Shown piece by piece: positions 36,434 to 46,264 of a stretch of DNA of 64,000 bases. Origin of the DNA: Hormoscilla sp. GTDB lineage: Bacteria; Cyanobacteriota; Cyanobacteriia; Cyanobacteriales; Desertifilaceae. The DNA lies in assembly GCA_051439505.1 (NCBI GenBank), contig JBFRWI010000009.1, positions 25,813 to 89,812 of the forward strand. The letters run 5' to 3'. Each line of letters begins with the position of its first letter. The stretch's first letter is position 1. The notes beneath the pieces are model-generated. The model did no database searches. It was not told the origin of the DNA and was given only the letters and a program-made list of their open reading frames with translations. Both the position numbers and the translations under genes were made by a program.

Positions 36434-38323
36434 ATGCGAATTTTAGTTACGGGTGGAGCGGGTTTTGTCGGTTCCCATCTCGTCGATCGCTTGATGGAGG
36501 CGGGACATGAAGTGCTTTGCTTGGATAATTTCTACACGGGGAATAAGCGCAATATCCTCAAATGGCTGGATCATCCCTATTTTGAATTGATCCGCCATGA
36601 TATCACAGAACCGATCAGGTTGGAAGTAGATCAAATATATCATCTGGCTTGCCCGGCATCACCAGTCCACTATCAGTCTAATCCCGTAAAAACGGTGAAG
36701 ACTAGCGCGATCGGCACCCTGAATATGCTAGGACTGGCAAAACGGGTAAAGGCGAGATTCCTCCTAGCTTCAACTTCAGAAGTCTATGGAGACCCGGATG
36801 TCCATCCCCAAACAGAAGATTATCGCGGCAATGTGAATCCGATCGGGATTAGAAGTTGCTTTTCTGCTGATACAGAAGTTCTCACCAGTGAGGGATGGAA
36901 ATATTTTCACGCCCTATCAGGAGAAGAGGAAATAGCGACACTGAATGGAGAAGGGGCGAACACGGCTACGCCTGCGCGAAAAATCGAGTATCATCAACCA
37001 GTAGAAATAATTGCCGAAAGGTACAGAGGGAAAGTCATTCACTTTCAGAACCATGACTGCGACCTGCTGGTGACGCCCAATCACAAAATGTATGCCCAAA
37101 GCAGGAAGGATCCTAAGTTTGAACTAATTCGGGCAGATGCCCCGTTGCAGTGGGAAGCAGCGCAAATGCTGAAGGTGGCCCATTATCTTGGAGTTGAACG
37201 AGACTGGTTTGATTTATCCGGGTCTCCTTCAGACAGGATAAAAATGGATGATTGGGTAGAGTTCTTGGGATATTATATCGCATCGGGAACGATTGGCATC
37301 CAAGATGGAAAATATCAAGTGATATTGGCAGAGGCAGAAGAAAAATCTGAGCAGATGAAAGCATGTGTGGCAAGGTTGCCGTTCCCGGATGTAAAGATTA
37401 GCAAGCAGGAAATCAGCATCTCTTCTCAGCAGCTATACTCCTATCTGGAGAAGTTGGGTTCATCAGAGAATCGATATATTCCCAGAGATGTGATGTGCTT
37501 GTCTAGCAGGCAGCTCAAGATTTTATGGACAGCTTTGATGCAGGGGGATGGAACGGGCGCTTGCTACGAGTGCAAGTCGGCGAGACTGATAGGTGACGTG
37601 CAAGAACTGCTATTAAAATTGGGGTGTGCAGGCAATATAGAAGAGCAGGAGAGCCAGTCACAAGAAAAAGTATATCAGATTCAGGTGCAAGAAGTCCAGG
37701 AAAATCCCAGGTATGGAAAGCAAGCAGTTTCCGATTACGATGGTATGGTCTACTGCGTTAACGTACCCAACCACGTCATTTTTGTCAGGAGAAATGGGAA
37801 AGCCCTGTTTTGTGGAAATTGCTACGATGAAGGGAAACGCATTGCCGAAACTCTGTCCTTTGACTATCACCGGCAAAATAATGTAGACATTCGGGTGGTC
37901 CGGATCTTCAACACCTATGGACCCCGGATGTTGGAAAATGACGGACGAGTGGTGAGCAATTTTATCGCCCAGGCCCTAAAAGGCATCCCTCTGACGGTGT
38001 ATGGAGATGGTTCCCAAACCAGGAGTTTTTGCTATGTATCGGACCTGGTAGAAGGAATCATCCGGTTGATGAATGGCGAACATGTAGGACCAGTTAATAT
38101 CGGCAATCCCGATGAATACAGTATCTTAGAACTGGCTCACAAGATTCAGGAAATGATTAACCCAGAGGCGGAGATAATCTTTAAGCCCCTGCCACAGGAT
38201 GACCCCCGACAGCGACAACCGGATATTACTCGGGCGAAAACCTGGCTGGGATGGGAACCGACTATTCCCCTGGCAGAAGGGTTGAAACGGACGATCGATG
38301 ATTTTCGCGATCGCCCGTCCTAA
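36434..38323 (+). CDS. UDP-glucuronic acid decarboxylase (SDR) precursor containing an intein
   Basis: TGGAGFVG, HLACPASP, ASTSEVYG, GIRS|..|CYDEGK, RIFNTYGP; exteins total 308 aa; next to ugd. Confidence 0.92.
   Translation: MRILVTGGAGFVGSHLVDRLMEAGHEVLCLDNFYTGNKRNILKWLDHPYFELIRHDITEPIRLEVDQIYHLACPASPVHYQSNPVKTVKTSAIGTLNMLGLAKRVKARFLLASTSEVYGDPDVHPQTEDYRGNVNPIGIRSCFSADTEVLTSEGWKYFHALSGEEEIATLNGEGANTATPARKIEYHQPVEIIAERYRGKVIHFQNHDCDLLVTPNHKMYAQSRKDPKFELIRADAPLQWEAAQMLKVAHYLGVERDWFDLSGSPSDRIKMDDWVEFLGYYIASGTIGIQDGKYQVILAEAEEKSEQMKACVARLPFPDVKISKQEISISSQQLYSYLEKLGSSENRYIPRDVMCLSSRQLKILWTALMQGDGTGACYECKSARLIGDVQELLLKLGCAGNIEEQESQSQEKVYQIQVQEVQENPRYGKQAVSDYDGMVYCVNVPNHVIFVRRNGKALFCGNCYDEGKRIAETLSFDYHRQNNVDIRVVRIFNTYGPRMLENDGRVVSNFIAQALKGIPLTVYGDGSQTRSFCYVSDLVEGIIRLMNGEHVGPVNIGNPDEYSILELAHKIQEMINPEAEIIFKPLPQDDPRQRQPDITRAKTWLGWEPTIPLAEGLKRTIDDFRDRPS
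36857..37819 (+). mobile_element. intein (321 aa) with LAGLIDADG-like central domain
   Basis: Block A CFSADTEVLT, block B VTPNH, blocks C/E FLGYYIASG and LMQGDG, block F VYCVNVP, block G FCGN followed by Cys+1. Confidence 0.92.
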
Positions 38324-38338
38324 TTTATGGGTGCAAGG

Positions 38339-38440
38339 GTAGGGTGGGCACCGCCCACCAGAGGAAAATAGTAAGGGTAGGGTGGGCACCGCCCACCAGA
38401 GAAAGATAGGGGCAAGGGGTAGGGTGGGCACCGCCCACCA
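38339..38440 (+). repeat. three GTAG-type REP-like hairpins
   Basis: gtagggtgggcaccgcccacca at 38339, 38377 and 38419. Confidence 0.85.
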
Positions 38441-38472
38441 GAGAAGATAGTAACAAACAAAGGAGAATATTG

Positions 38473-39858
38473 ATGAAAGTTTGTGTGATTGGTACGGGTT
38501 ACGTGGGCTTAGTCACGGGGGCATGTTTAGCCCACTGCGGTCATCACGTGATCTGCGTGGACAACAATGAAGAGAAGGTGAAATTAATGAAGTCGGGACA
38601 GTCGCCGATCTACGAACCGGGACTGTCGGAGATTATGCAGGGTGCCAGTCAGGCGGGTAATCTGGAGTTCACCTCAGATTTGGCAATGAGTGTGGACCAT
38701 GGAGAAATTTTGTTTATCGCCGTGGGGACGCCAGCTTTGCCCAACGGTGAAAGCGATACTCGCTATGTGGAAGCTGTGGCCCGGGGCATTGGTCAGCATC
38801 TGACAGAAGGTTATAAGGTGATCGTGAATAAATCAACCGTGCCGATCGGGTCTGGGGACTGGGTGCGTCGGATCGTGTTAGATGGAATTGAAGATCGCCA
38901 GAAGGCGGGAGAGAGTGGCGTTTCCGGAGAAGAGGCCCTGAAAAAGATTAACGCTGAGTTTGATGTGGTCAGCAATCCGGAATTTCTGCGGGAAGGTTCT
39001 GCGGTTTATGATACCTTTAATCCCGACCGGATCGTCCTGGGCAGTGATGGCGAAAGGGCGATCGCCATGATGCAAGAACTCTACCGCCCGATCGTCGATC
39101 GCCAGTTTGGGGAAGACAAGTCCTTACCTCCGGTGCCAGTGGTGGTGACGGATTTGAGTTCGGCGGAGATGATTAAGTATGCGGCGAATGCCTTCCTGGC
39201 CACTAAAATTAGCTTTATCAATGAAGTTGCCAATATTTGCGACAAGGTGGGTGCGGACGTGACCCAGGTGGCGAAAGGAATTGGTTTAGATTCTCGAATT
39301 GGCAAGAAGTTTTTGCAAGCAGGCATAGGTTGGGGCGGTTCCTGCTTCCCCAAAGATGTTTCGGCTTTGATTCATACCGCCAAGGACTATAATTATGAAA
39401 CGGAACTGCTGAATGCAGCAGTCAATGTCAATCAACGCCAGCGGACGATCGCGGTGGACAAACTCCAGCAGGAACTGAAAATCCTCAAGGGGAAGGTTGT
39501 GGGACTGTTGGGTTTAACCTTCAAACCGGATACAGACGATCTGCGGGACGCACCTGCATTAAATTTGATTGAAGAACTGAATCGCCTGGGTGCTAAGGTG
39601 AAAGCTTACGATCCGATTATTTCTCAAACGGGAATGCGTCACGGTTTGTCCGGGGCGATCGTGGAAACGGAACCAGAAATGCTAGCAGATGGTTGCGATG
39701 CCTTAGTCTTAGTGACGGACTGGCAGCAGTTCCTGACTTTAGACTACGGCAAGATGGCAAAGCGCATGAGTCATGCAGTTATGATTGATGGTCGCAATTT
39801 CCTCGATCGGAAAGCTTTGGAAGCTGCTGGTTTCCGCTATGTGGGGATCGGTCGATAG
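38473..39858 (+). CDS. ugd: UDP-glucose 6-dehydrogenase
   Basis: GTGYVG, KSTVP, NPEFLREG, GWGGSCFPKD, FKPDTDD. Confidence 0.95.
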   Translation: MKVCVIGTGYVGLVTGACLAHCGHHVICVDNNEEKVKLMKSGQSPIYEPGLSEIMQGASQAGNLEFTSDLAMSVDHGEILFIAVGTPALPNGESDTRYVEAVARGIGQHLTEGYKVIVNKSTVPIGSGDWVRRIVLDGIEDRQKAGESGVSGEEALKKINAEFDVVSNPEFLREGSAVYDTFNPDRIVLGSDGERAIAMMQELYRPIVDRQFGEDKSLPPVPVVVTDLSSAEMIKYAANAFLATKISFINEVANICDKVGADVTQVAKGIGLDSRIGKKFLQAGIGWGGSCFPKDVSALIHTAKDYNYETELLNAAVNVNQRQRTIAVDKLQQELKILKGKVVGLLGLTFKPDTDDLRDAPALNLIEELNRLGAKVKAYDPIISQTGMRHGLSGAIVETEPEMLADGCDALVLVTDWQQFLTLDYGKMAKRMSHAVMIDGRNFLDRKALEAAGFRYVGIGR

Positions 39859-39868
39859 TCGAGTAAAT

Positions 39869-39939
39869 GTAGGGTGGGCACCGCCCACCATCCCCTGGGG
39901 TTCCTGATGACAAGAATGTCGGGTGGGCACCCCCCACCA
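39869..39939 (+). repeat. two GTAG-type REP-like hairpins
   Basis: gtagggtgggcaccgcccacca and gtcgggtgggcaccccccacca. Confidence 0.8.
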
Positions 39940-39998
39940 TCCCCTTAGGCACTCTTAAAAGGATCTGGAAACAGGCACAATTGGACAAGGAAGACTAA
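39939..39998 (+). pseudogene. HicA toxin C-terminal remnant
   Basis: Reads IPLGTLKRIWKQAQLDKED*, directly upstream of a hicB-like gene. Confidence 0.65.
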
Positions 39999-40030
39999 TC
40001 TGCGCAGCGGAGGGGGGCCCGGAGCGTGCT

Positions 40031-40234
40031 GTGGTAATCGAGAAAGCATCAGCAAATTACTCAGCTTATGTACCAGATTTACCAGGCTGTGTTGCTGTCG
40101 GGGATACTTTAGAAGAAATTGAGCAGATGATTCACGAGGCAATTGAGTTTCATCTGGAAGGAATGCAACTGAGGGGTGAGTCGATACCCGATCCATCTAG
40201 TCTGTGTCAGTATGTTGAGGTGTCCAGATGCTAA
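40031..40234 (+). CDS. HicB family antitoxin (start possibly damaged)
   Basis: VIEKA..YSAYVPDLPGCVAVGDTLEE..EAIEFHLEG..IPDP. Confidence 0.8.
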   Translation: MVIEKASANYSAYVPDLPGCVAVGDTLEEIEQMIHEAIEFHLEGMQLRGESIPDPSSLCQYVEVSRC

Positions 40235-40428
40235 TGGCTTATACGCAGTGCGCTACGTCGGATCGCTATTGTTAATGGATAATTGCTAGATGAAACCATA
40301 GCCATATTGGAGAAGCACAAACGGTGACTGTTGTCTCGATCGCTAGCGAACTAGCAAAAGTGGGACAAATGGACTTGCTACGGCGGATTTTTGGACAAGT
40401 CATTGCGCTCTGTAGACTAAATTGAGGG

Positions 40429-40546
40429 TGTGGTCAAAACCTGTTGCTTCTCACGATCTCTCCCAGTCGCCGGTTTCCCCCCAAACCACCCGCTAAGCTG
40501 GGAGGCTAAAGGAGCCTCCCAATTACCACGGGGTGGTTTGGGGGGC
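40429..40546. repeat. GC-rich palindromic element (CCCCCCAAACC..GGTTTGGGGGG family)
   Basis: Shares tgtggtcaaaacc..cccagtcgccgg..ccccccaaacc with 63880-64000. Confidence 0.7.
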
Positions 40547-40561
40547 TCTTTGTGCAACAAA

Positions 40562-40757
40562 TTGGGGTTTTAAACCTCTCGGTTGGGGTTTTAAACCTCT
40601 CAGTTGGGGTTTAAGACCTCTCGGTTGGGGTTTAAGACCTCTCGGTTGGGGTTGGAAACCTCTCCATCGGGGTTTAAGACCTCTCCATCGGGGTTTAAGA
40701 CCTCTCGGTTGGGGTTGGAAACCTCTCGGTTGGGGTTTAAGACCTCTCCGTCGGGGT
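40562..40757. repeat. 21-bp tandem repeat, 9 copies plus a partial
   Basis: Consensus ttggggtttaagacctctcgg; no spacers. Confidence 0.9.
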
Positions 40758-40759
40758 CT

Positions 40760-40975
40760 GGTCAGCCGAAATTCTGGAAAGATTTTGCATGTGGCCTCCA
40801 CTGCAGGATTTTTACCGGGACCGCTCCAGGCGGTGTATTACGCCACGAAAGCTTTCGTGGTTTCCTTTTCCCAGGCGATCGCCCAAGAACTGTCTGATAC
40901 TAATGTCACCTCAACGGTGCTCTGCCCTGGTGCGGTTGCTACGGGCTTTGTGGCAGCGTCCGACCTGGAAGGGAA
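40760..40975 (+). pseudogene. internal fragment of an SDR oxidoreductase
   Basis: GKILHVASTAG..PGPLQAVYYATKAFV..LCPGAVATGF; no TGxxxGxG N-terminus and no C-terminus. Confidence 0.8.
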
Positions 40976-41107
40976 CTCTGCGTCGCGCACTGCGTATACG
41001 CAATTAGCAATTTTCCATAAATTATCAGCATTTATTTATCTGTAACTCAGGGATGATTCAGAAATATCTCTGAAGATAGCAGCATCAGCTTAACCAAAGG
41101 ATATGCT

Positions 41108-42130
41108 ATGCAGAAATTGGCTAAAATGGTACTGGGTCTAGGGGCGATCGCCACCTTAAGCTTCAGTGCAATGGTAGTACAAGCGGGAGGTTGGGACAAC
41201 TTCAAACTGCGTTACTTTTCCCTCACCCAGCATCTCCACGACCAGAATAAAGAACTGTCGGACTTGCAAGCACAAAACATCGACCCGGAGAAGAACACTC
41301 GCATTGACTTAAACCAAATATTGAATGGCGGACCGCCCAAAGATGGAATTCCTTCTATAGATAACCCCAAGTTTGATACAGGGGAGACCACGCCTTTTGG
41401 TCCTGAAGAATTAGTGATCGGGATAGTGGTCAATGGAGAAGCCAAAGCCTATCCCTATGGGATCATGAACTGGCATGAAATAGTTAACGACAAGATTGGC
41501 GGCGTCAATGTCAGCGTTTCCTACTGTCCCCTCTGCGACACCATGCTAGCAGTCAAGCGGGGGAACAATAGCTACGGGGTCTCCGGGAAACTCTATCAAA
41601 GCTGTCTGCTAATGTACGATCGGGCCTCTGACAGTCTGTACGCCCAACCTTGGGGTTTAGGAGTAGTGGGAAGCAAAGTCAACCAAACCTTAGAGAGAAT
41701 ACCGGTCGTCAAAACCACCCTGTCCGCCTGGTTAGGCAAATATCCCAACAGCAAAATTCTCTCCACAGACACGGGTTACCGCCGCAATTACCAGGGCTAT
41801 CCTTACGGCAGTTACAATAGAGATCGGCGACTGGTATTTCCCGTCCGCCATCAAGACAAACTGCAACATCACCCTAAAGAAATTATCTCTTACCTGTGGG
41901 AACACGACCAACAGACGCCCCACAACCAGTTTTCTGGCACCAGTCTCCAATTCGTGCATGCAGAAATCGAGCAACTGGGGGAAAAAGTAGTACCATACAA
42001 TGGTAGGGAAATTAGAGTGCGGTGGGATAAAGAACTGCAAACCGCGATCGTCGAAGAACTAGACGGGACCACCATACCCAGTTCCACCGCCTTCGCCTTC
42101 GTGTATCCCGCATTCTTTGGCGATCGCTAA
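41108..42130 (+). CDS. DUF3179 domain protein
   Basis: Signal peptide, GGPPKDGIPSIDNP, WHEIVND, YCPLC, GVSGKLY..MYDR. Confidence 0.85.
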   Translation: MQKLAKMVLGLGAIATLSFSAMVVQAGGWDNFKLRYFSLTQHLHDQNKELSDLQAQNIDPEKNTRIDLNQILNGGPPKDGIPSIDNPKFDTGETTPFGPEELVIGIVVNGEAKAYPYGIMNWHEIVNDKIGGVNVSVSYCPLCDTMLAVKRGNNSYGVSGKLYQSCLLMYDRASDSLYAQPWGLGVVGSKVNQTLERIPVVKTTLSAWLGKYPNSKILSTDTGYRRNYQGYPYGSYNRDRRLVFPVRHQDKLQHHPKEIISYLWEHDQQTPHNQFSGTSLQFVHAEIEQLGEKVVPYNGREIRVRWDKELQTAIVEELDGTTIPSSTAFAFVYPAFFGDR

Positions 42131-42146
42131 TTGCTAATGCGAATAA

Positions 42147-42713
42147 TTAACAATTATTTTGGCAGAGAACCTGCCGCATTTGCCGCATATTTTTAGGCAT
42201 TTCCAACTGGAGGGCCTGTTGAATGAAGACCGCAGGAATAGGAAAAGAAGGAGTAGCTTCCACGGAGTAGGTGATTAAAGTGCCATTGCCGTAATCTTCC
42301 AAATCCAAATCAGCAGAGAAATTCTCAAAAGTGCCGGACTCCAGGCGGAACTGGATCTGTCGCGAGGGAATTTCCGTGACCTGCAGGTAGATTTCCACCA
42401 AGGCCGAGAACAAGATAAAATTTTTGCAGCCTATCTGGTGAATGCGTTTGCGACCTTGTCGATCGCGTTGTGGCAACAGCTGAGACTTAGTGAGGTTAGG
42501 GAAATATTCTACCCAACGAGGGTAATCAGTTAACTGCTGCCAGAGATGATGTCGCCTCAGGGGTAGGTGCATCCGGGCAATAGCGACACCACCACAAAGT
42601 TGATGGGGTTTTGCCTGCACCAAAATCTCACCTTGCATCAGGGCCTGACGCTCGGCTTTTGTCCAGACTGCAACAATCGGATAGTTTAATGATATAGTCA
42701 TAAATGGCTCCAC
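42147..42713 (-). CDS. SRPBCC/polyketide cyclase-dehydrase family protein
   Basis: [34 protein letters not shown]. Confidence 0.8.
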   Translation of the reverse strand: MEPFMTISLNYPIVAVWTKAERQALMQGEILVQAKPHQLCGGVAIARMHLPLRRHHLWQQLTDYPRWVEYFPNLTKSQLLPQRDRQGRKRIHQIGCKNFILFSALVEIYLQVTEIPSRQIQFRLESGTFENFSADLDLEDYGNGTLITYSVEATPSFPIPAVFIQQALQLEMPKNMRQMRQVLCQNNC

Positions 42714-43114
42714 AATAGATATTGAACGTCCGCAGCTGAAAATTTACTCTTCACCACCAGCTCTCATTTCACGCCAAGTAGAAACTCATTGCTATCACTT
42801 TACTAGCCCATCCGTGAAAATCTCGTGAAGGATTTCGCCGCTCGACTCGATAACGAGTAATCTGTGATATGATTCATTAGGGATGGTCTTCTTGAGAAGA
42901 CAGGGTGGATCCCACCCCTCGACAAATCAATTACCAATTGACAGCTCCTCGTCGAGGATATCGCGTTGACTCCGATGATGCGATCGGTCCCACAGATTGA
43001 TGAAGTACGGCGGTTTGCTTGCAGCATCAGGGTTGAGCGCGATCTGGCCAGATATCACGCGGGCAAAGAAAATGCTATATACTGGGATCCTGGAGGAATT
43101 GAGTATAAATAACT

Positions 43115-43378
43115 ATGACAACCCTAATTTCAACTGACCGATATCTAGTGACCGGCGCAGAACGACCTGTGGCAGGCGGCCAAAATGCCCTGAGAGGAAC
43201 CGGCAGTCTGTCCAAGTCGTTATATCAAGTTCCTCAACAAGTCAAGCTTCTGCATCTGCAAGCAGAAGTAGAATGCCTCTGGCAGCAGTTGCAAGCGATC
43301 GAACAGCAAAGACAGACATCCCAGGAGGGACAAGGACCGGTTATGGGTGTAGCCGACACCAATCAAGAGAAGAAATGA
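43115..43378 (+). CDS. small hypothetical protein
   Basis: 87-aa ATG ORF, SLYQVPQQVKLLHLQAEVECLWQQLQ. Confidence 0.5.
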   Translation: MTTLISTDRYLVTGAERPVAGGQNALRGTGSLSKSLYQVPQQVKLLHLQAEVECLWQQLQAIEQQRQTSQEGQGPVMGVADTNQEKK

Positions 43379-43526
43379 CGTTGTTGTCTGCAAGCTGTGA
43401 TATAAAAAATCAAGCCTTCCAGCCAGTAGGGCAGCTTGTGGGCAACAGCCAGAACCCACCGGAACTGGCCTGATGAACTGGTAGCTAGTGACATAATGGA
43501 GATCTGTAAGGAGAAAGCATCGATTA

Positions 43527-44564
43527 ATGACAGCAACTATAGTAAAGCCGCAAACCGATGAGCGGCAGTCTGACTTGCGGTTGAAAGACATCATTAAAAC
43601 ATTGCCGCGAGAGGTTTTCCTCAAAAACCAACGGAAAGCATGGACAGCTGTGGCCATCAACATGCTGCTAGTGATATTGGGGTACGCAGGTCTGGCGATC
43701 GGGCCCTGGTATCTGTTGCCGCCCCTATGGATATTTACGGGGACAGCCCTGACGGGTTTCTTTGTACTCGGTCACGACTGCGGTCATCGGTCCTTTGCCA
43801 ACCGGAAATGGGTAAACGATATCGTAGGACATTTAGCATTTCTGCCCTTGATGTACCCCTTCCACAGTTGGCGGATCAAGCACGATTACCACCACAAACA
43901 CACCAACAAATTAGATGAGGATAATGCCTGGCAACCCTTTAAGCCAGAATTTTACGATGATATGGGTCCAGTCATGCAGTGGCTGTATCGGAGAATGCGG
44001 GGTCGGTTTTGGTGGCTGGGATCGATCGCTCACTGGGGGGTGCTACACTTTAACTGGTCGAAGTTTGAAGGCAAGCAGCGGCAGCAAGTTAAACTGTCGG
44101 TATTAGTGGTGTTGATTGGTGGGGCGATCGGGTTTCCCCTGCTGATTGCCACCACGGGCATTTGGGGTTTAGTAAAATTCTGGTTAATGCCCTGGTTAGT
44201 TTACCACTTCTGGATGAGCACCTTTACGATCGTGCATCATACAGCGCCAGACATTCCCTTCAGCCCAGCAGATAAGTGGAATGAGGCTTTAGCTCAACTT
44301 GCGGGAAGTGTTCATTGCGACTATCCTCGCTGGGTAGAATACCTCTGTCACGATATCAACGTTCACGTCCCCCATCACATTTCCACAGGAATTCCTTTCT
44401 ATAATTTGCGCTTAGCTCATGCTAGCCTGAAGGAAAACTGGGGAGAATATATCAGGGAATCTAAGTTTTCCTGGTCTTTAATGAACGAGATTGCTGACAA
44501 GTGTCACCTGTATGACCCGGACGCCTGCTATAAGTCTTTCCAAGACTACCACGCTGGCAAATAA
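43527..44564 (+). CDS. desA: delta-12 acyl-lipid desaturase
   Basis: His boxes [27 protein letters not shown]. Confidence 0.9.
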   Translation: MTATIVKPQTDERQSDLRLKDIIKTLPREVFLKNQRKAWTAVAINMLLVILGYAGLAIGPWYLLPPLWIFTGTALTGFFVLGHDCGHRSFANRKWVNDIVGHLAFLPLMYPFHSWRIKHDYHHKHTNKLDEDNAWQPFKPEFYDDMGPVMQWLYRRMRGRFWWLGSIAHWGVLHFNWSKFEGKQRQQVKLSVLVVLIGGAIGFPLLIATTGIWGLVKFWLMPWLVYHFWMSTFTIVHHTAPDIPFSPADKWNEALAQLAGSVHCDYPRWVEYLCHDINVHVPHHISTGIPFYNLRLAHASLKENWGEYIRESKFSWSLMNEIADKCHLYDPDACYKSFQDYHAGK

Positions 44565-44734
44565 CGACCAATTATGCTGTTGGGTGAAGTATGCAGGTTG
44601 AAGGGTGTAATTCGATCGCCGAAAAAATGACCAATTGCTCCTTCATCCTTGCTTGACCCACAGAAATCATGACGTAAGTAGGTGGACAGTAAATTTTACA
44701 GATTCGGTAGTCTGGGGAACTCGCGGCGATGAAA

Positions 44735-44755
44735 GGTGGGCGGTGCCCACCCTAC
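44735..44755 (-). repeat. GTAG-type REP-like hairpin
   Basis: ggtgggcggtgcccaccctac. Confidence 0.7.
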
Positions 44756-44769
44756 AAAAATTACTTAAT

Positions 44770-46101
44770 ATGGGGATTGAATTAGTAAAATATCTCAAAT
44801 CAGCAGGAGTTAAATTTCTGCGGGTGGCCTTTTGCGATAATGCTAATATCATCCGGGCCAAGGCTATTCACCTGGGGATCCTCGCAGAAAATATTGATTA
44901 TCCGGTCAGCATCACAGCGGCTCAACAAGCATTGCCAGTGATGTACGATGGGGTAGTTCCTGACAGTGGACTGGCCCCGGTGGGGGAAGTTTGGTTGGTT
45001 CCGGACTGGTCAACTGTGAATATTTTACCCTATGGGCCCAGCCACGCTAGGGCGATCGGGGATCTGATCAAAAATGGACAACCTTGGTCCTTATGTCCGC
45101 GACATTTTCTCAAACGAGCGATCGCGGCAGCGAAAGCAGCAGGGATAGAGGTGATGGCCGCGTTTGAAAATGAATTCTTCCTGCTGAAAAATAACGGTAA
45201 TCAGGAAATTCTCCCCACTGATGATACTGTGTTTGCCTCCAGCCTGGGAATGGATCTCAATCACCAAATTATTGATGCGATCGCGGATGCTTTGGTGGCC
45301 CAAGATATGATTGTAGAGCGATATTATCCTGAATCGGCCCCCGGACAACACGAAATTTCTATCAGATATGCTAAGGCATTGGAAGCGGCAGATAATCAGA
45401 TCGCGTTTCGGGAAACGGTGCGAGGTGTCGCGATCGAACATGGTTTAAAAGCCTCATTCTTACCAAAAATCTTTGCGGATAAAGCAGGAAGCGGTTGTCA
45501 CTTGCATCTGAGTCTCTGGCAAGAGGGCAAAAATATCACGGGGGATGGTTCTGGGAAACTTTCGAGTACGGCCCTGGCATTTATCGGGGGCATTCTCCAC
45601 CATCTCCCGGCCCTCATGGCCCTGACTACCCCGAGTACGAACTCTTACTGGCGCATTCGCCCCCACTTTTGGAGTGGAGCTTTTACTGCTTGGGGCTATG
45701 ATAACCGAGAGGGGGCAGTGCGGGTGCCCAGTAATCCAGTGCCACCTAGTCCTACCCATTTTGAGTTAAAAACTTCTGATGCTTCAGCTAACCCATATCT
45801 GGCTTTGGGAGCAGTGATTTTTGCCGGTTTGGATGGGATCGCTCGAAATCTCAATCCTGGAGACCCGGTAGATATCGATCCGGGGCTGTTTTCCGAAGCA
45901 GAACTTTCCGATCGCGGCATCGCAAGATTGCCCCAAAACCTCGGAGAAGCGATCGCACATCTGAGAGGCGATCGGCTGCTATTAGATGCCCTAGGTGCAG
46001 AACTAAACCGGGCTTACTTGGCGGTGCGAAAAGCGGAATGGGAGGCGATGAAAGACATGGAATTAGAAGCAGAAGTGAATCTTTTACTCGAACGCTATTA
46101 A
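44770..46101 (+). CDS. glutamine synthetase-like (gamma-glutamyl ligase, FluG C-terminal-like) protein
   Basis: FENEFFL, ESAPGQHE, SFLPK..GSGCHLHLSL, NSY, WGYDNRE..RVP, ANPYL. Confidence 0.88.
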   Translation: MGIELVKYLKSAGVKFLRVAFCDNANIIRAKAIHLGILAENIDYPVSITAAQQALPVMYDGVVPDSGLAPVGEVWLVPDWSTVNILPYGPSHARAIGDLIKNGQPWSLCPRHFLKRAIAAAKAAGIEVMAAFENEFFLLKNNGNQEILPTDDTVFASSLGMDLNHQIIDAIADALVAQDMIVERYYPESAPGQHEISIRYAKALEAADNQIAFRETVRGVAIEHGLKASFLPKIFADKAGSGCHLHLSLWQEGKNITGDGSGKLSSTALAFIGGILHHLPALMALTTPSTNSYWRIRPHFWSGAFTAWGYDNREGAVRVPSNPVPPSPTHFELKTSDASANPYLALGAVIFAGLDGIARNLNPGDPVDIDPGLFSEAELSDRGIARLPQNLGEAIAHLRGDRLLLDALGAELNRAYLAVRKAEWEAMKDMELEAEVNLLLERY

Positions 46102-46137
46102 TATAGCAGATCTCATCCTTTGTGTGATCTGCTGTTG

Positions 46138-46207
46138 GGGAGATTGCTTCGGGGGGTTAACTCATAAAGCATAAGTTTATCGCTACTTTCCCCCCCTCGC
46201 AATGACA
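46138..46207. repeat. half copy of the GTCATTGCGAG-type repeat
   Basis: gggagattgcttcggggg..cccccctcgcaatgaca matches the right half of the 17.8-kb repeat. Confidence 0.65.
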
Positions 46208-46264
46208 AATAGGCTCCGGGAATGTACCACATAAATTTGAGAAACGCTATAAAAATAAGGAAAA

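Noticed and set aside
38339..38440. Possible mini-CRISPR (three 22-bp repeats)
   Set aside because: Spacers are only 16-20 nt and resemble each other, the repeat is dispersed across the window, and no cas genes are present
40562..40757. 21-bp array as CRISPR
   Set aside because: Contiguous tandem units with no unique spacers
44635..44769. Long N-terminal extensions of the GS-like, chrA, lptC, ilvC and purC ORFs
   Set aside because: They run through repeats or overlap neighbours; downstream ATGs fit the family starts better
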